From: a bacterium
Lineage (GTDB): Bacteria > UBA6262 > WVXT01
Length of the DNA stretch: 26,007 nucleotides
Assembly (NCBI GenBank): GCA_046759165.1
Contig: JBHIBS010000022.1
Span: 1-26,007 of the forward strand
Direction of reading: 5' to 3'
Part shown: one piece after another, positions 1-9,347 of the stretch
Numbering within the stretch: position 1 is the stretch's first letter
Layout: each line of letters starts with the position of its first letter
Notes under the pieces: generated by a model
The model's database searches: none
Told to the model about the DNA's origin: nothing
What the model saw: the letters and a program-made list of their open reading frames with translations, nothing else
Program-made: the position numbers and the translations under genes

Positions 1-600
1 TATGGGTTGCTGTCGTTAATTTATCGACAGGAACCAACTATTGAGATAGTACGTGAACTCAGAAAACCTGAATTTATTCAAACTTTGGTAGATTGGGGCG
101 TATCTTTAAATAAAAAATTTATTACTCAATCCGATGAACAGACTGTTCAGGATTTATCTGTTGAATATACTCGTCTGTTTATTGGCCCGGGTAAACGTAT
201 TCCGCCATACGAATCTGTCCATCGCAGGGAAGAAGGATTACTTTGGGGAGAATCAACTGTAACTGTTAAAAAATTGATTGAGTTTTTAGGGCTAAATTAT
301 AGAGATGATTTTTCGGATATACCAGACCATATCAGTGTGGAATTTGAGTTTATGCAAAAACTTACTAATCGAGAGAAAGAAGCTCGAGAACAAAACGATA
401 AAAAGACAGTATTGCGTTGTTTAGAATTTGAGAAGAAATTCACTGATGAACATCTCAGCCAATGGATTTCCACTTTTTGTGATAAAGTAACAAAAGTGTC
501 TAATAACTCATTTTACGGACAAATGGCTAAATTGACAAAAAAATTTATTAAATTTGACAAGAAACAAATAAATCACTTGATTAAAAACTTAAACAGTTAA
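1..600 (+). CDS. TorD/DmsD-family molybdoenzyme maturation chaperone (5' partial)
   Basis: Frame is open from base 1 (YGLLSLIYRQEP). Motifs EYTRLFIGPG, PPYESV and PDHISVEFEFM are typical of TorD/DmsD. Sits next to tatA and mobA. Confidence 0.9.
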   Translation, partial: YGLLSLIYRQEPTIEIVRELRKPEFIQTLVDWGVSLNKKFITQSDEQTVQDLSVEYTRLFIGPGKRIPPYESVHRREEGLLWGESTVTVKKLIEFLGLNYRDDFSDIPDHISVEFEFMQKLTNREKEAREQNDKKTVLRCLEFEKKFTDEHLSQWISTFCDKVTKVSNNSFYGQMAKLTKKFIKFDKKQINHLIKNLNS

Positions 601-680
601 ATGGTTAATTAACTGCTCACCAGTTAACCCAGCCTCGCCGGTAAGCAGGCAACTACTATTTAACCAGACGGGAGGCAAAA

Positions 681-878
681 ATGTTTGGAATAGGAATGGA
701 GGAGTTGGTTATTATTCTGGTGATTGCTTTGCTGATTTTTGGTGCAGCAAAAATACCAGAAATAGCAAAAGCACTCGGGAAAAGTATAGGTTCATTTAAA
801 AAAGGGTTAAAAGAGTCGGAAGAAGAGATTAAAAAACTGGCAGAGGAAGCAAAAAAAGATAGTAACGAAACCGATTAA
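681..878 (+). CDS. tatA: Twin-arginine translocase TatA/TatE subunit
   Basis: MFGIGMEELVIILVIALLIFGAAKIPEIAKALGKSIGSFKKG: TM helix, FG hinge, amphipathic helix. GGAGG RBS upstream. Confidence 0.95.
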   Translation: MFGIGMEELVIILVIALLIFGAAKIPEIAKALGKSIGSFKKGLKESEEEIKKLAEEAKKDSNETD

Positions 879-1001
879 TACTGGACAGAAATGGTCGACA
901 AGCAACTTGCTTTAGTGGAGGATTTAAAAGAACTCAGGCAACGACATCAGATAAGTATTTTCTAAATTTGTGACCTCATCAAAGAAAAGTGAGGTTCAGG
1001 A

Positions 1002-1613
1002 ATGACTGGAATAATATTAGCTGGTGGTAAGAATACCCGCATAGGGACTAACAAAGCGTTTTTAAAGATAGAGGGCAGGATGATTATTGAAATGATATTG
1101 GAGAAAATGGGAAAAATTTTTGAAGAAATTATTATGGTTACTAATTTTACTGAAGAATACCCACCAGTTCTCGAGGCGGGTCAGCACCTGGGTGTAAGAT
1201 TGGTTAAAGATATAATCCCCGATGAAAGTTCTTTAGGTGGTTTATATTCGGGTTTGGTTAATTCAAAAGGTGAATATAGTTTTGTAGTTGCCTGTGATAT
1301 GCCTTTTATCAATGTAGAGTTAATTAAGTATATGAAAAATAACTGTGATAACTTTGATGTAGTTATTCCTAAACTCAAGTATGGTTATGAGGCACTACAT
1401 ACAATATATTCTAAAAATTGTATTAGTCCTATTGAAAAACAGTTGAAACAAGATAATCTTAAGATTATAGATTTCTTCCCAGCAGTTAAAGTAAAAGAAA
1501 TTAACGAGAATATTGTAAAACAGTTTGATCCACAATTACTTTCATTCTTTAATATCAATTCCGATAGTGATTATCAGCAGGCATTAAATATAGCTTCGAG
1601 CCTTCGGACCTAA
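1002..1613 (+). CDS. mobA: Molybdenum cofactor guanylyltransferase
   Basis: IILAGGKNTRIGTNKAFL, ACDMPF and FFNIN motifs; Moco gene context. Confidence 0.92.
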   Translation: MTGIILAGGKNTRIGTNKAFLKIEGRMIIEMILEKMGKIFEEIIMVTNFTEEYPPVLEAGQHLGVRLVKDIIPDESSLGGLYSGLVNSKGEYSFVVACDMPFINVELIKYMKNNCDNFDVVIPKLKYGYEALHTIYSKNCISPIEKQLKQDNLKIIDFFPAVKVKEINENIVKQFDPQLLSFFNINSDSDYQQALNIASSLRT

Positions 1614-1703
1614 TTTCTTCAACTAAAATTGAGGAATACGGACGCTTGGCCGATTCGGGTAGAGAAGGAAACAACTCTGCCTCCTCGTGCTTGGAAAGGA
1701 GCT
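1592..1703 (+). ncRNA. Moco RNA motif (molybdenum/tungsten cofactor riboswitch), P3-less type
   Basis: P1 AGCTTC(1592-1597)/GGAGCT(1698-1703). Conserved blocks CGAGCC..ACCTAA, TACGG..TTGGC, GGGTAGAG..GAAA..CTCTGCCTCC and GTGCTTGGAAAGGAG resemble the moaA leader motif. Lies directly upstream of moaA. Confidence 0.85.
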
Positions 1704-1711
1704 TAAAGAAT

Positions 1712-1758
1712 AAAACCGGCTTTTTCACCAAGTATCGAAGGAGCCGGTTTTTAATTTT
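1712..1758 (+). terminator. Intrinsic terminator, likely riboswitch expression platform
   Basis: AAAACCGGCTTTTTC / GAAGGAGCCGGTTTT 15-bp stem with 2 G-U pairs and a T-rich 3' end, between the aptamer and the moaA ATG. Confidence 0.75.
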
Positions 1759-1768
1759 GAGTAATACA

Positions 1769-2755
1769 ATGAGAAAATTAATTGATCAATATGGCCGTAA
1801 AATAGATTATTTACGTATTTCAGTTACTGACAGATGTAACCTGAGGTGCATTTATTGTATGCCAAATTATGGAATAATTCCTAAAAGTCACAATGAGATT
1901 CTTACTTTTGAAGAAATTGAAAAGGTAATAAAAGCAGCTGTTTCACTTGGAGTAAATAAAATAAAGATTACTGGTGGGGAACCGTTAATAAGGAAAGGAA
2001 TAGTTGATCTGATTGCTATGCTGTCCGATATTGAAGGAATAGTTGATTTGTCAATGACTACCAATGGAATTTTCCTATCCGAATACACAGAATCTCTTAA
2101 GAAAGCAGGATTAAAAAGAATCAATATTAGTCTGGATACGCTGTGGGAAGACAAATACAAACTTATTACTAAAATGGGAAACCTGAACAATGTATTGGAA
2201 GGAATAAAAAAAGCACAAGAAGTGGGACTGTTCACAAAACTAAATGTTGTTGTCATAAAAGGCATAAATGATGATGAAATCTTAGATTTTGTTGAATTTA
2301 GTTCTCTGAGAAATTTTTGTGTAAGGTTTATTGAGTTCATGCCTACTAATAGCAGTTTATTCTGGGAAGTAGAAAAATTTATCTCAATGAATGAGGTTAA
2401 AAAACGTTGCGAAGATTTCGTTACTCTTGAGCAAACCAAAGTGTTCGGAAGTGGTCCAGCAGAGTATTACAAAATAATAGGTAGCGAAGGGAAAATAGGT
2501 TTTATTAGCCCCTTCAGCTATCAATTCTGTTCTCGGTGTAGTCGTTTAAGGTTAACTTCTGATGGCAAGCTAAGAGGTTGTTTGCATAATGGATATGAAA
2601 TAGATTTGAGAAAGACGCTCAGGATGTATGCTTCCTCAGAAGAGGTCGGCAAGTTAATAAAGAGAAGTGTCCTTAGTAAACCAAAAGGACATTGTATGAA
2701 ACTAATGGAAACTAATAATCATTTATCTCAGATAATGTGTCAAATAGGAGGGTAA
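1769..2755 (+). CDS. moaA: GTP 3',8-cyclase (radical SAM)
   Basis: LRISVTDRCNLRCIYCMP, TGGEPL, FCSRCSRLRLT..G.L..CL and C-terminal IGG. ATG 1769 is preferred over TTG 1646, which lies inside the riboswitch. Confidence 0.96.
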   Translation: MRKLIDQYGRKIDYLRISVTDRCNLRCIYCMPNYGIIPKSHNEILTFEEIEKVIKAAVSLGVNKIKITGGEPLIRKGIVDLIAMLSDIEGIVDLSMTTNGIFLSEYTESLKKAGLKRINISLDTLWEDKYKLITKMGNLNNVLEGIKKAQEVGLFTKLNVVVIKGINDDEILDFVEFSSLRNFCVRFIEFMPTNSSLFWEVEKFISMNEVKKRCEDFVTLEQTKVFGSGPAEYYKIIGSEGKIGFISPFSYQFCSRCSRLRLTSDGKLRGCLHNGYEIDLRKTLRMYASSEEVGKLIKRSVLSKPKGHCMKLMETNNHLSQIMCQIGG

Positions 2756-2759
2756 GTTC

Positions 2760-2977
2760 TTGAAGAATGAATTTAGCTATTAGATACAAAGGGCGAGATA
2801 AAAATGGTTGATATAAGTAAGAAAATTGTAACCGAACGAGTCGCAGTTGCTGATTTAACTATTTATGATATGTGCAAATCTGTTGATAAAGAGATGATAA
2901 TCTCAGATATTAAATTGTTGAGAGAAAACGGGGGTAAAGGTGGTAATTATGTTCGGAAAGAAAAAAATAACAGGTAA
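2760..2977 (+). pseudogene. moaC: moaC remnant (frameshift plus large internal deletion)
   Basis: AGGAGG RBS, TTG 2760, frameshift near 2780. N-terminal [24 protein letters not shown] is joined directly to C-terminal [28 protein letters not shown]. Confidence 0.88.
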
Positions 2978-3419
2978 AATCAAAGCAATTTCAATATCTA
3001 AAGAAAAAGGAGTGCGGAAAGAAAATGTAAAAGGTGCTATTTTAAGAGAGAACTTTGGTATTGTAAATGATGCTCATGCAGGAAATTGGCATCGGCAGGT
3101 AAGTCTATTAGCTATGGAAAGTGTTAACAAAATAAAAAGAAGATTACCAGGGATCATACCTGGAGCATTTGCTGAGAATATTACCACAGAAGGAATCAAC
3201 TTAACCGAACTGCCTGTCGGGACGAAGCTTAAAATAGGGAAAAAAACCGTACTTGAAATTTCTCAAATAGGAAAGGAATGTCATTCTCCATGTATCATTT
3301 ATCGTATGGTTGGAGATTGTGTAATGCCGCGGGAGGGAATATTTGCGAGAGTAATAAGAGGTGGAACAATTACTATAGGTGATAGAATTGAGGTATTTCC
3401 AGATGATAAGAAAATTTAG
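2949..3419 (+). CDS. MOSC domain-containing protein
   Basis: [48 protein letters not shown]...[14 protein letters not shown]. Confidence 0.92.
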   Translation: MFGKKKITGKIKAISISKEKGVRKENVKGAILRENFGIVNDAHAGNWHRQVSLLAMESVNKIKRRLPGIIPGAFAENITTEGINLTELPVGTKLKIGKKTVLEISQIGKECHSPCIIYRMVGDCVMPREGIFARVIRGGTITIGDRIEVFPDDKKI

Positions 3420-4599
3420 ATTTGACCGGATGGAATTTGCTGGTGCTTTAGGAGATTTAGGAACCCTGATTCCCATCTTTATAGCTTTAGTTGCTATAAA
3501 TGGATTAAACCCTACTGTTATCTTACTTTTAGTAGGATTACTTTATATAAGTTGTGGTTTATATTATAACCTACCGATACCTGTTCAACCGTTGAAAGCC
3601 GTAGCAGCTATTGCTATTGCAAGTGGATTAAGTGCCTCTGTAATTTCAGCCGCAGGGATATTGATGGGAATTATTTTATTATTTTTAGCTATAAGCGGGT
3701 TAGCAAATTTTCTGGTTCGTATCTTCAATCGCGCTATTGTGAGAGGTATACAATTAGGAGTTGGGTTGATGTTAATAAGAACTAGCTGGACCCTCATCGC
3801 TAAGCCAATAAGTGTGAACTCTCAAACAGGTTTACTCTCTATAGGTAATGGAATTTCATTTGATTTACTAGTCCTTTTTGGAGGAATAATTATTATGCTT
3901 ATTTTTCTCTGCAATAGGCGTTTCCCTGCTTCGACTGGAATCCTAAGTTTTGGAATAATGGTAAGTATACTCAATGGACAAGCAAATGCTCTGAGGATTC
4001 CCTTCTTCGCCACTCAAAAATTTAGTTTATCTATTCCTGGCTTTGACGATTTTATTAAAGCATTTTTTCTTTTAGTAATACCACAATTACCTCTTACATT
4101 AGGCAATGCTATTGTAGCTACAAAAGATGGAGCTAAAAGATACTTTGGCAAACAAGCATACAAGGTGACTGGTCGTTCTCTATCTGTTGGTATGGGAATA
4201 ACTAATATTATCGCTGGGCTAACTGCAGGTATGCCCGTGTGTCATGGTTCAGGAGGACTTACTGCCCACTATAGATTCGGAGCTCGCACCGGTGGTGCCT
4301 GTATAATTATCGGTTCTCTTTTTCTGGGCTTGAGCTTAATATTTGGAAGAGGAGTAAGTGAAATTTTTAAGATAATTCCCCACTCTATTCTTGGGATTAT
4401 GCTTTTTTATGTCGGATTTAGACATGCTCTTTTAATTACTGATTTAAAAGAAAAGAAAGAACTTCTAATAGCTTTAGGAGTCGGAATAATAGCACTGTTT
4501 ACTCGAAATTTAGCTATTGCTTATGGTTTTGGAATGATTCTCTGGTATTCCTTACGTGTTGTCCAAAAAACGTTGATTAAGAAACCACTTATACCTTGA
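3403..4599 (+). CDS. MOT1-family molybdate/sulfate transporter
   Basis: GALGDLGTLIP, PIPVQPLKA, PQLPLTLGNA and MPVCHGSGGLTAHYRFGARTG motifs; many TM segments; GAGGT RBS before ATG 3403. Confidence 0.88.
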   Translation: MIRKFRFDRMEFAGALGDLGTLIPIFIALVAINGLNPTVILLLVGLLYISCGLYYNLPIPVQPLKAVAAIAIASGLSASVISAAGILMGIILLFLAISGLANFLVRIFNRAIVRGIQLGVGLMLIRTSWTLIAKPISVNSQTGLLSIGNGISFDLLVLFGGIIIMLIFLCNRRFPASTGILSFGIMVSILNGQANALRIPFFATQKFSLSIPGFDDFIKAFFLLVIPQLPLTLGNAIVATKDGAKRYFGKQAYKVTGRSLSVGMGITNIIAGLTAGMPVCHGSGGLTAHYRFGARTGGACIIIGSLFLGLSLIFGRGVSEIFKIIPHSILGIMLFYVGFRHALLITDLKEKKELLIALGVGIIALFTRNLAIAYGFGMILWYSLRVVQKTLIKKPLIP

Positions 4600-4859
4600 T
4601 AGCAAGTATCTAATAGAGGGAAAAGTTGTTGACCCTATAGCCCATTGTTGTGAATGGAATAGTTGAGGTTTAGAGGCGATGGAAGAATATTTCGAGATAT
4701 AAACTTTTACTCCCTATCCCAGTTAGTCATTCCTAAAATTTTCTCGCTTTTTGCAAGAAAAATCCTGTAGGCTTTCCCGAATTTATAGCAAATTCTAACA
4801 AATTTATCCACGAGAAATTGCTCAAAAAACTTATTTTAGTCTAATTTCCTCTTTTCCTC

Positions 4860-4890
4860 TTCCTCTCCCCACAGGAGAGGGAATTTTTTT
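4860..4890 (+). terminator. Terminator-like hairpin
   Basis: TTCCTCTCC-CCACA-GGAGAGGGA followed by ATTTTTTT. Confidence 0.45.
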
Positions 4891-5056
4891 CTCCATTTAT
4901 TAAAATATACCTGCTTATTAATACTTCGAATACCAATTCTGTTAATCCGTATTCTAGAGGAAACCTGCCAAATCTTTTATCAAAGAAGAAACTTTTTATT
5001 TACTCTCTATCTTATATATTTTTGCTACAAACTGGGGAAAGGCTTCAAAAAAGGTA

Positions 5057-5085
5057 TTGACTTTTAGTTAAAATACAGGTATTGT
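5057..5085 (+). promoter_or_regulatory. Sigma70-type promoter upstream of the Fic pseudogene
   Basis: TTGACT-N17-TATTGT. Confidence 0.55.
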
Positions 5086-5143
5086 ATTAAACGAAACGAC
5101 ACTTTATTTAATAATGGAATATTTTATTTAATAGATATTTGAT

Positions 5144-6279
5144 ATGGGTATGGGACTCTTTAAGAAAGTAGTGCGGGCCGAGTAATACAGATACCTGAAG
5201 GATGTTGGGCCTTTGTCCCCAATTCTTCTGCTCCAAGGTTGTCATGGAATAACTCTTTAATTTCTTTAGATTTCAAAGGCAGATTATGCGTTAGGCACGC
5301 TTAATGGCTTAGGCGAGACACTACCCAATCCCCATCTTTTTATTTATCCTTTTATAAGACGGGAGGCATTCTTTCCTCTCGGATAGAAGGAACGGTTTCT
5401 TCTCTATTTGACCTCTTTTTATTTGAAGCAACAAAAATTGAAAAACAAAAGGATGTAAGAGAAATGCAAAACTATGTAAAAACCCTGGAATATAGGATTA
5501 AATGCCTTAAAGAGATGGCCTTGAGTTTACGAGTTATTCGAGAACTTCATCAAGTTCTTTTAAAAGGTGTGCGAGGAGAATATGCTATTCCTGGGGAGTT
5601 CGTAAGACTCAAAACTGGATTGGTCCACCAGGTTGCACTATAGATGATGCCACTTATGTGCTACCACCTGTCACGGAGATGAACGAGTCCTTGAGTCAAT
5701 TTGAAAAATTTTTACATTCAAGTGAACCTATCACTCCGTTGGTTAAAGTAGCTCTTACCTATTACCAATTCGAAGCAATCCATCCTTTTCTTGATAGTAA
5801 CGGTCGTATTGGAAGATTGCTTATTACTCTTTATCTATATTACAAAGAGCTTCTTCTAAAACCACTACTTTATCTTAGCGGATTCTTTAAAAAAATATCA
5901 TCAGGGGTATTATGAATACCTTTTAAAAGTGAGTCAACAGGGAGAATTGCGAACATGGATTGAAATTTTTTTACAAGCAGTAATTAGTCAATCCGAAGAT
6001 ACTGTACAAAAATCTAGGTAAGTTGTAAATCTTCAGTAGGAATACCGAAAAAATATAAGTGAAAAAGCTCTATCTCCAACGCCGGGGCAGATTTTAAATG
6101 TTATCTTTACAAGACCAGTAATAAACATTAATTCTGCTAAGAAAGCACTTGGATTGCCATTCCCTGCAGTTAGTGAAGCTATGAAACAACTCGTAGATAT
6201 TGGGATATTAAAAGGGACCGCTGGTGAGAAACGGAATAAGATCTATGTCGTAGAGGAAATTTTAAAGATTTTAGAGTAA
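5144..6279 (+). pseudogene. Fic/DOC-family protein pseudogene
   Basis: Fragments across frames: WAFVPN, ALGTLNGLGETLPNPHLF, SSRIEGT, QNWIGPPG, QFEAIHPFLDSNGRIGRLLI and a C-terminal HTH ending KRNKIY. Several frameshifts; stops at 6019 and 6037. Confidence 0.9.
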
Positions 6280-6424
6280 AATTTCTACTAAGAAGTCTAA
6301 GAAGTCAATGAAAAAATAAAACAGGCAATTTTATAACTTCCTGTCCTGAAGATCAAGAATGCCGGTAAAGTTTCGTTCTTGTAAGTTTTAGTCTTTTAAG
6401 CTCTTAGTCAATAGGGGGGTTACG

Positions 6425-8140
6425 ATGCCTTACCTTGTGTTAGCACTCAAATATAGACCGCAAACATTCGATGAAATTGTAGGGCAGGACCACGTCTGCA
6501 AGACTTTAGAGAATGCCATTGCCTCAGGTAAAGTTGCCCACGCATACCTCTTCTCAGGTCCAAGAGGTATAGGCAAGACTACCACTGCACGGATCTTAGC
6601 TAAAGCATTAAATTGTAAAGGAGGCCCCACACCAGAACCCTGCAACAAGTGTACATCCTGTGTGGAAATTGCCAGAGGCAGCTCCATTGATGTTCTGGAA
6701 ATCGACGGGGCATCCAACAGGGGGATTGATGAGATAAGGACTTTAAGAGAGAATGTAAAATTTGCTCCAGTCTCTTCTCGATACAAAATCTACATTATTG
6801 ATGAGGCGCATCAGATTACCCATGACGCTTTCAATGCTCTTCTGAAGACCCTGGAGGAACCTCCCCGCCACATCATCTTTATGCTGGCAACCACTCAGCC
6901 GGAGAGGATTCCACCTACCATTCTTTCGCGATGCCAGAGGTTCTCCTTTAAATTGATTCCTCAAAAGAAAATCTTTGAGAGACTCAATTACATTGTTGGA
7001 AAAGAGAAACTAAAAATAGAAAAGGAGGTTCTCAATCTACTTGCTTCCAGGGGGGAGGGAAGTCTCAGGGATGCCCAGAGCCTCCTCGACCAGGTTATCT
7101 CTTATGCTGGCGATAAAGAGATAAGTTTGGAGGAGACAAATTTCATTCTGGGTGTTCTTCCATTTGAGCGCCTGGTAGAATTTTCGGACCTGATCGCTCA
7201 ACAAAAAGCTAAGGAGATCCTTTCCTGCATAGATGAGATAGCCGAATCCGGTTATAACCTCCACCAGTTTATCAAAGACCTGAGGCAACACTTCAGAAAT
7301 GTGCTGCTTCTAAAAGTGGCGGGAGGCGATACGAGAATTTTGGAGCTTCCAGAGAAGCATCTGGAAATCCTTCTCAAAAAAGGAGACCAGTTTACAGAAG
7401 AGAACCTGGTGAGGATTATCGACCTTCTCAGCAACACCTACGAATCTATGAAATGGAGCGAACAGCCACGGCTCGTGATAGAGGTCGATATGTTCCGCCT
7501 CTGTCAGCCATATGTCCCGATTGAAGAGATTATTGAGAGAATAGGGAGACTGGAAAAGTCGCTGAAACTTGAAGAGAAGAAAGGGGAGGCTCCTGTCGAA
7601 AGAGATGTTCAGGAAGTCGAGAAATCTCTTTCCCAAATTGGAGAGAAGGAGAAATTGGCGCCTGGAAAGGTTTCAGAGATTCAAGGAATTAGAGAACGCT
7701 GGGAGGAGGTTCTCGAATCTGTCAAGAAACTGGATATCCCTCTCCACGCCTGCCTTCTCGAGGGTTTGCCAGTCCGTATGGAAGGCGATTGCCTGCACAT
7801 CGTTTTTCCCAAAGATTACAGCTTTCATAAGGAGCGGGTAGAGAAAAGGTCGGATATTGTCGAAGAAGCTGTGAAGGGAGTTCTTGGAAAAGAAGTCAAG
7901 GTAAAGTGTATAACTGGTGAAATTAATACTACCTCCCCACCAAGAGAGAAGGTAGAGGAGGAAATGGAATCACCTCCTGAGGAATTTTTAGGAGATTCTG
8001 AGCCAGAAGAGGAAGTGCCGGCTCCCGCCCAGGAGCCAGTTTTCAATTCTGAGGAAAAGAAAGAAGTTGATCCAATTGTAAAAAAGGTGTTAGAAATATT
8101 TGAAGGAGAAATCATCAATGAGGAGACTGAACAAGAATAA
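6425..8140 (+). CDS. dnaX: DNA polymerase III subunit gamma/tau
   Basis: LALKYRPQTF, Walker A GPRGIGKTT, Zn cysteines, IIDEAH, SRC motif. Confidence 0.97.
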   Translation: MPYLVLALKYRPQTFDEIVGQDHVCKTLENAIASGKVAHAYLFSGPRGIGKTTTARILAKALNCKGGPTPEPCNKCTSCVEIARGSSIDVLEIDGASNRGIDEIRTLRENVKFAPVSSRYKIYIIDEAHQITHDAFNALLKTLEEPPRHIIFMLATTQPERIPPTILSRCQRFSFKLIPQKKIFERLNYIVGKEKLKIEKEVLNLLASRGEGSLRDAQSLLDQVISYAGDKEISLEETNFILGVLPFERLVEFSDLIAQQKAKEILSCIDEIAESGYNLHQFIKDLRQHFRNVLLLKVAGGDTRILELPEKHLEILLKKGDQFTEENLVRIIDLLSNTYESMKWSEQPRLVIEVDMFRLCQPYVPIEEIIERIGRLEKSLKLEEKKGEAPVERDVQEVEKSLSQIGEKEKLAPGKVSEIQGIRERWEEVLESVKKLDIPLHACLLEGLPVRMEGDCLHIVFPKDYSFHKERVEKRSDIVEEAVKGVLGKEVKVKCITGEINTTSPPREKVEEEMESPPEEFLGDSEPEEEVPAPAQEPVFNSEEKKEVDPIVKKVLEIFEGEIINEETEQE

Positions 8141-8155
8141 TTTTGGTGAATCGAA

Positions 8156-8755
8156 ATGCCTATCTATTCTAAATCCTTAGAGAGACTAATCTCAGCTTTA
8201 CACCATTTGCCAGGTATCGGCCCGAAGAGTGCCCAGAGACTGGCATTCTATATCTTGAAGAGTCCTAGGGGAGAGGCTAACGAGTTAGCTCAGGCTATTC
8301 TCTCGGCAAAGGAGAAGATGAAAAGCTGTTCTGTTTGTGGCAATATCAGCGATAGCGACTTCTGTTCTATATGTCAGGATTCTACAAGAGATAGAAACAC
8401 CATCTGCGTGGTAGAGGAGCCCCAGGACATTTTCGTTTTTGAAAAGATGGGGGAGTATAAGGGGACATACCATGTCCTGATGGGTGCACTTTCGCCCCTT
8501 GATGGAGTTGGTCCTGACGATTTAAAGATAAAAGAATTGGTCACAAGAATTGAAAAAGGCGAAATCAGGGAAGTGATAATTGCCACAGATCCAAATGTGG
8601 AAGGTGAAGCAACCGCTGCCTATCTCTCAAAACTTATCAAGCCTCTCGGAGTCAAGGTGACTCGCCTAGCACAGGGAATGCCCATGGGCGGCGACCTGGA
8701 ATATGCCGATGAAGTGACCCTGGCCAAAGCCTTGGAAGGTAGGCGAGAGGTCTGA
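8156..8755 (+). CDS. recR: Recombination mediator RecR
   Basis: [14 protein letters not shown] HhH, C4 zinc finger, Toprim [24 protein letters not shown]. Confidence 0.97.
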   Translation: MPIYSKSLERLISALHHLPGIGPKSAQRLAFYILKSPRGEANELAQAILSAKEKMKSCSVCGNISDSDFCSICQDSTRDRNTICVVEEPQDIFVFEKMGEYKGTYHVLMGALSPLDGVGPDDLKIKELVTRIEKGEIREVIIATDPNVEGEATAAYLSKLIKPLGVKVTRLAQGMPMGGDLEYADEVTLAKALEGRREV

Positions 8756-8757
8756 AG

Positions 8758-9147
8758 TTACGACTTATGTTGTGTCAATAATGGAGAAGACATCAAGAAG
8801 TCGGCTGTGGAGCGATTGCAGGCAATCGGCACATCGTGCAAGACAGATAATCTGAGAACCGCTTTTATGTCAACATCGTGTGGATGGGTGGATAAGGGAT
8901 CCCAGAAGAAGACAATAACGTCTATCCTTTTTTCTGCTATCATAGCTCCCACCTGGGAGTCTCCCCCCAGAGGACCACTTAGAAGAAGGTTGACCCGTAA
9001 TCCCACATCTCTTATAATTCTTTCTCCTGTTGCCTTTGTGGAATAGATTTCGAATTTTTCCAATGTGCCTTTATTGAATTTTGCCCAATCAACCATATCC
9101 TTCTTTTTACCGTCGTGGGCCACAAGCACAATACTCTTCTTTTTCAT
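8758..9147 (-). CDS. mgsA: Methylglyoxal synthase
   Basis: LVAHDGKK, SGPLGGDSQVGA, FFWDPLSTHPHDVDIKA, ACNRSTADF. ATG 9147 has an AAGGAG RBS. Confidence 0.95.
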   Translation of the reverse strand: MKKKSIVLVAHDGKKKDMVDWAKFNKGTLEKFEIYSTKATGERIIRDVGLRVNLLLSGPLGGDSQVGAMIAEKRIDVIVFFWDPLSTHPHDVDIKAVLRLSVLHDVPIACNRSTADFLMSSPLLTQHKS

Positions 9148-9259
9148 GTGATTTCTGCTCCTTTCACCGGATGATTTCTTCATACTCTATTCAATATAGC
9201 ATATCTGACATTTTAAAAGCAATACCCTTATGGCTGTTACCATCTCCATTCGGGGAGAA

Positions 9260-9302
9260 TGTCATTGGGAGCCCCGATTGAAAATCGGGGCGTGGCAATC
9301 TC
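9260..9302. repeat. REP-like palindromic element (GTCATTG...GCAATC type)
   Basis: Perfect stem GCCCCGATT-GAA-AATCGGGGC (9271-9291) inside TGTCATTG...TGGCAATCTC. Confidence 0.55.
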
Positions 9303-9347
9303 CTTGGGAATAGGGTGAGGGGGAATAAGAAATACAGGAGGTAGCAA

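Noticed and set aside
1646-1768. 41-aa N-terminal extension of MoaA in the ORF track
   Set aside because: It runs through the riboswitch and terminator; MoaA similarity begins at ATG 1769.
4600-5050. Possible gene remnant in the long intergenic stretch
   Set aside because: The frames I translated are short and resemble no family I can recognise.
6280-6424. SRP RNA (ffs), often found upstream of dnaX
   Set aside because: No conserved SRP domain IV motif (CAGG..GGAA..AGCAG) is visible.
7370-7385. Possible dnaX -1 frameshift site (A6G run)
   Set aside because: Codons read CTC AAA AAA GGA, not the A AAA AAG phase, and the site lies within the conserved domain III region.
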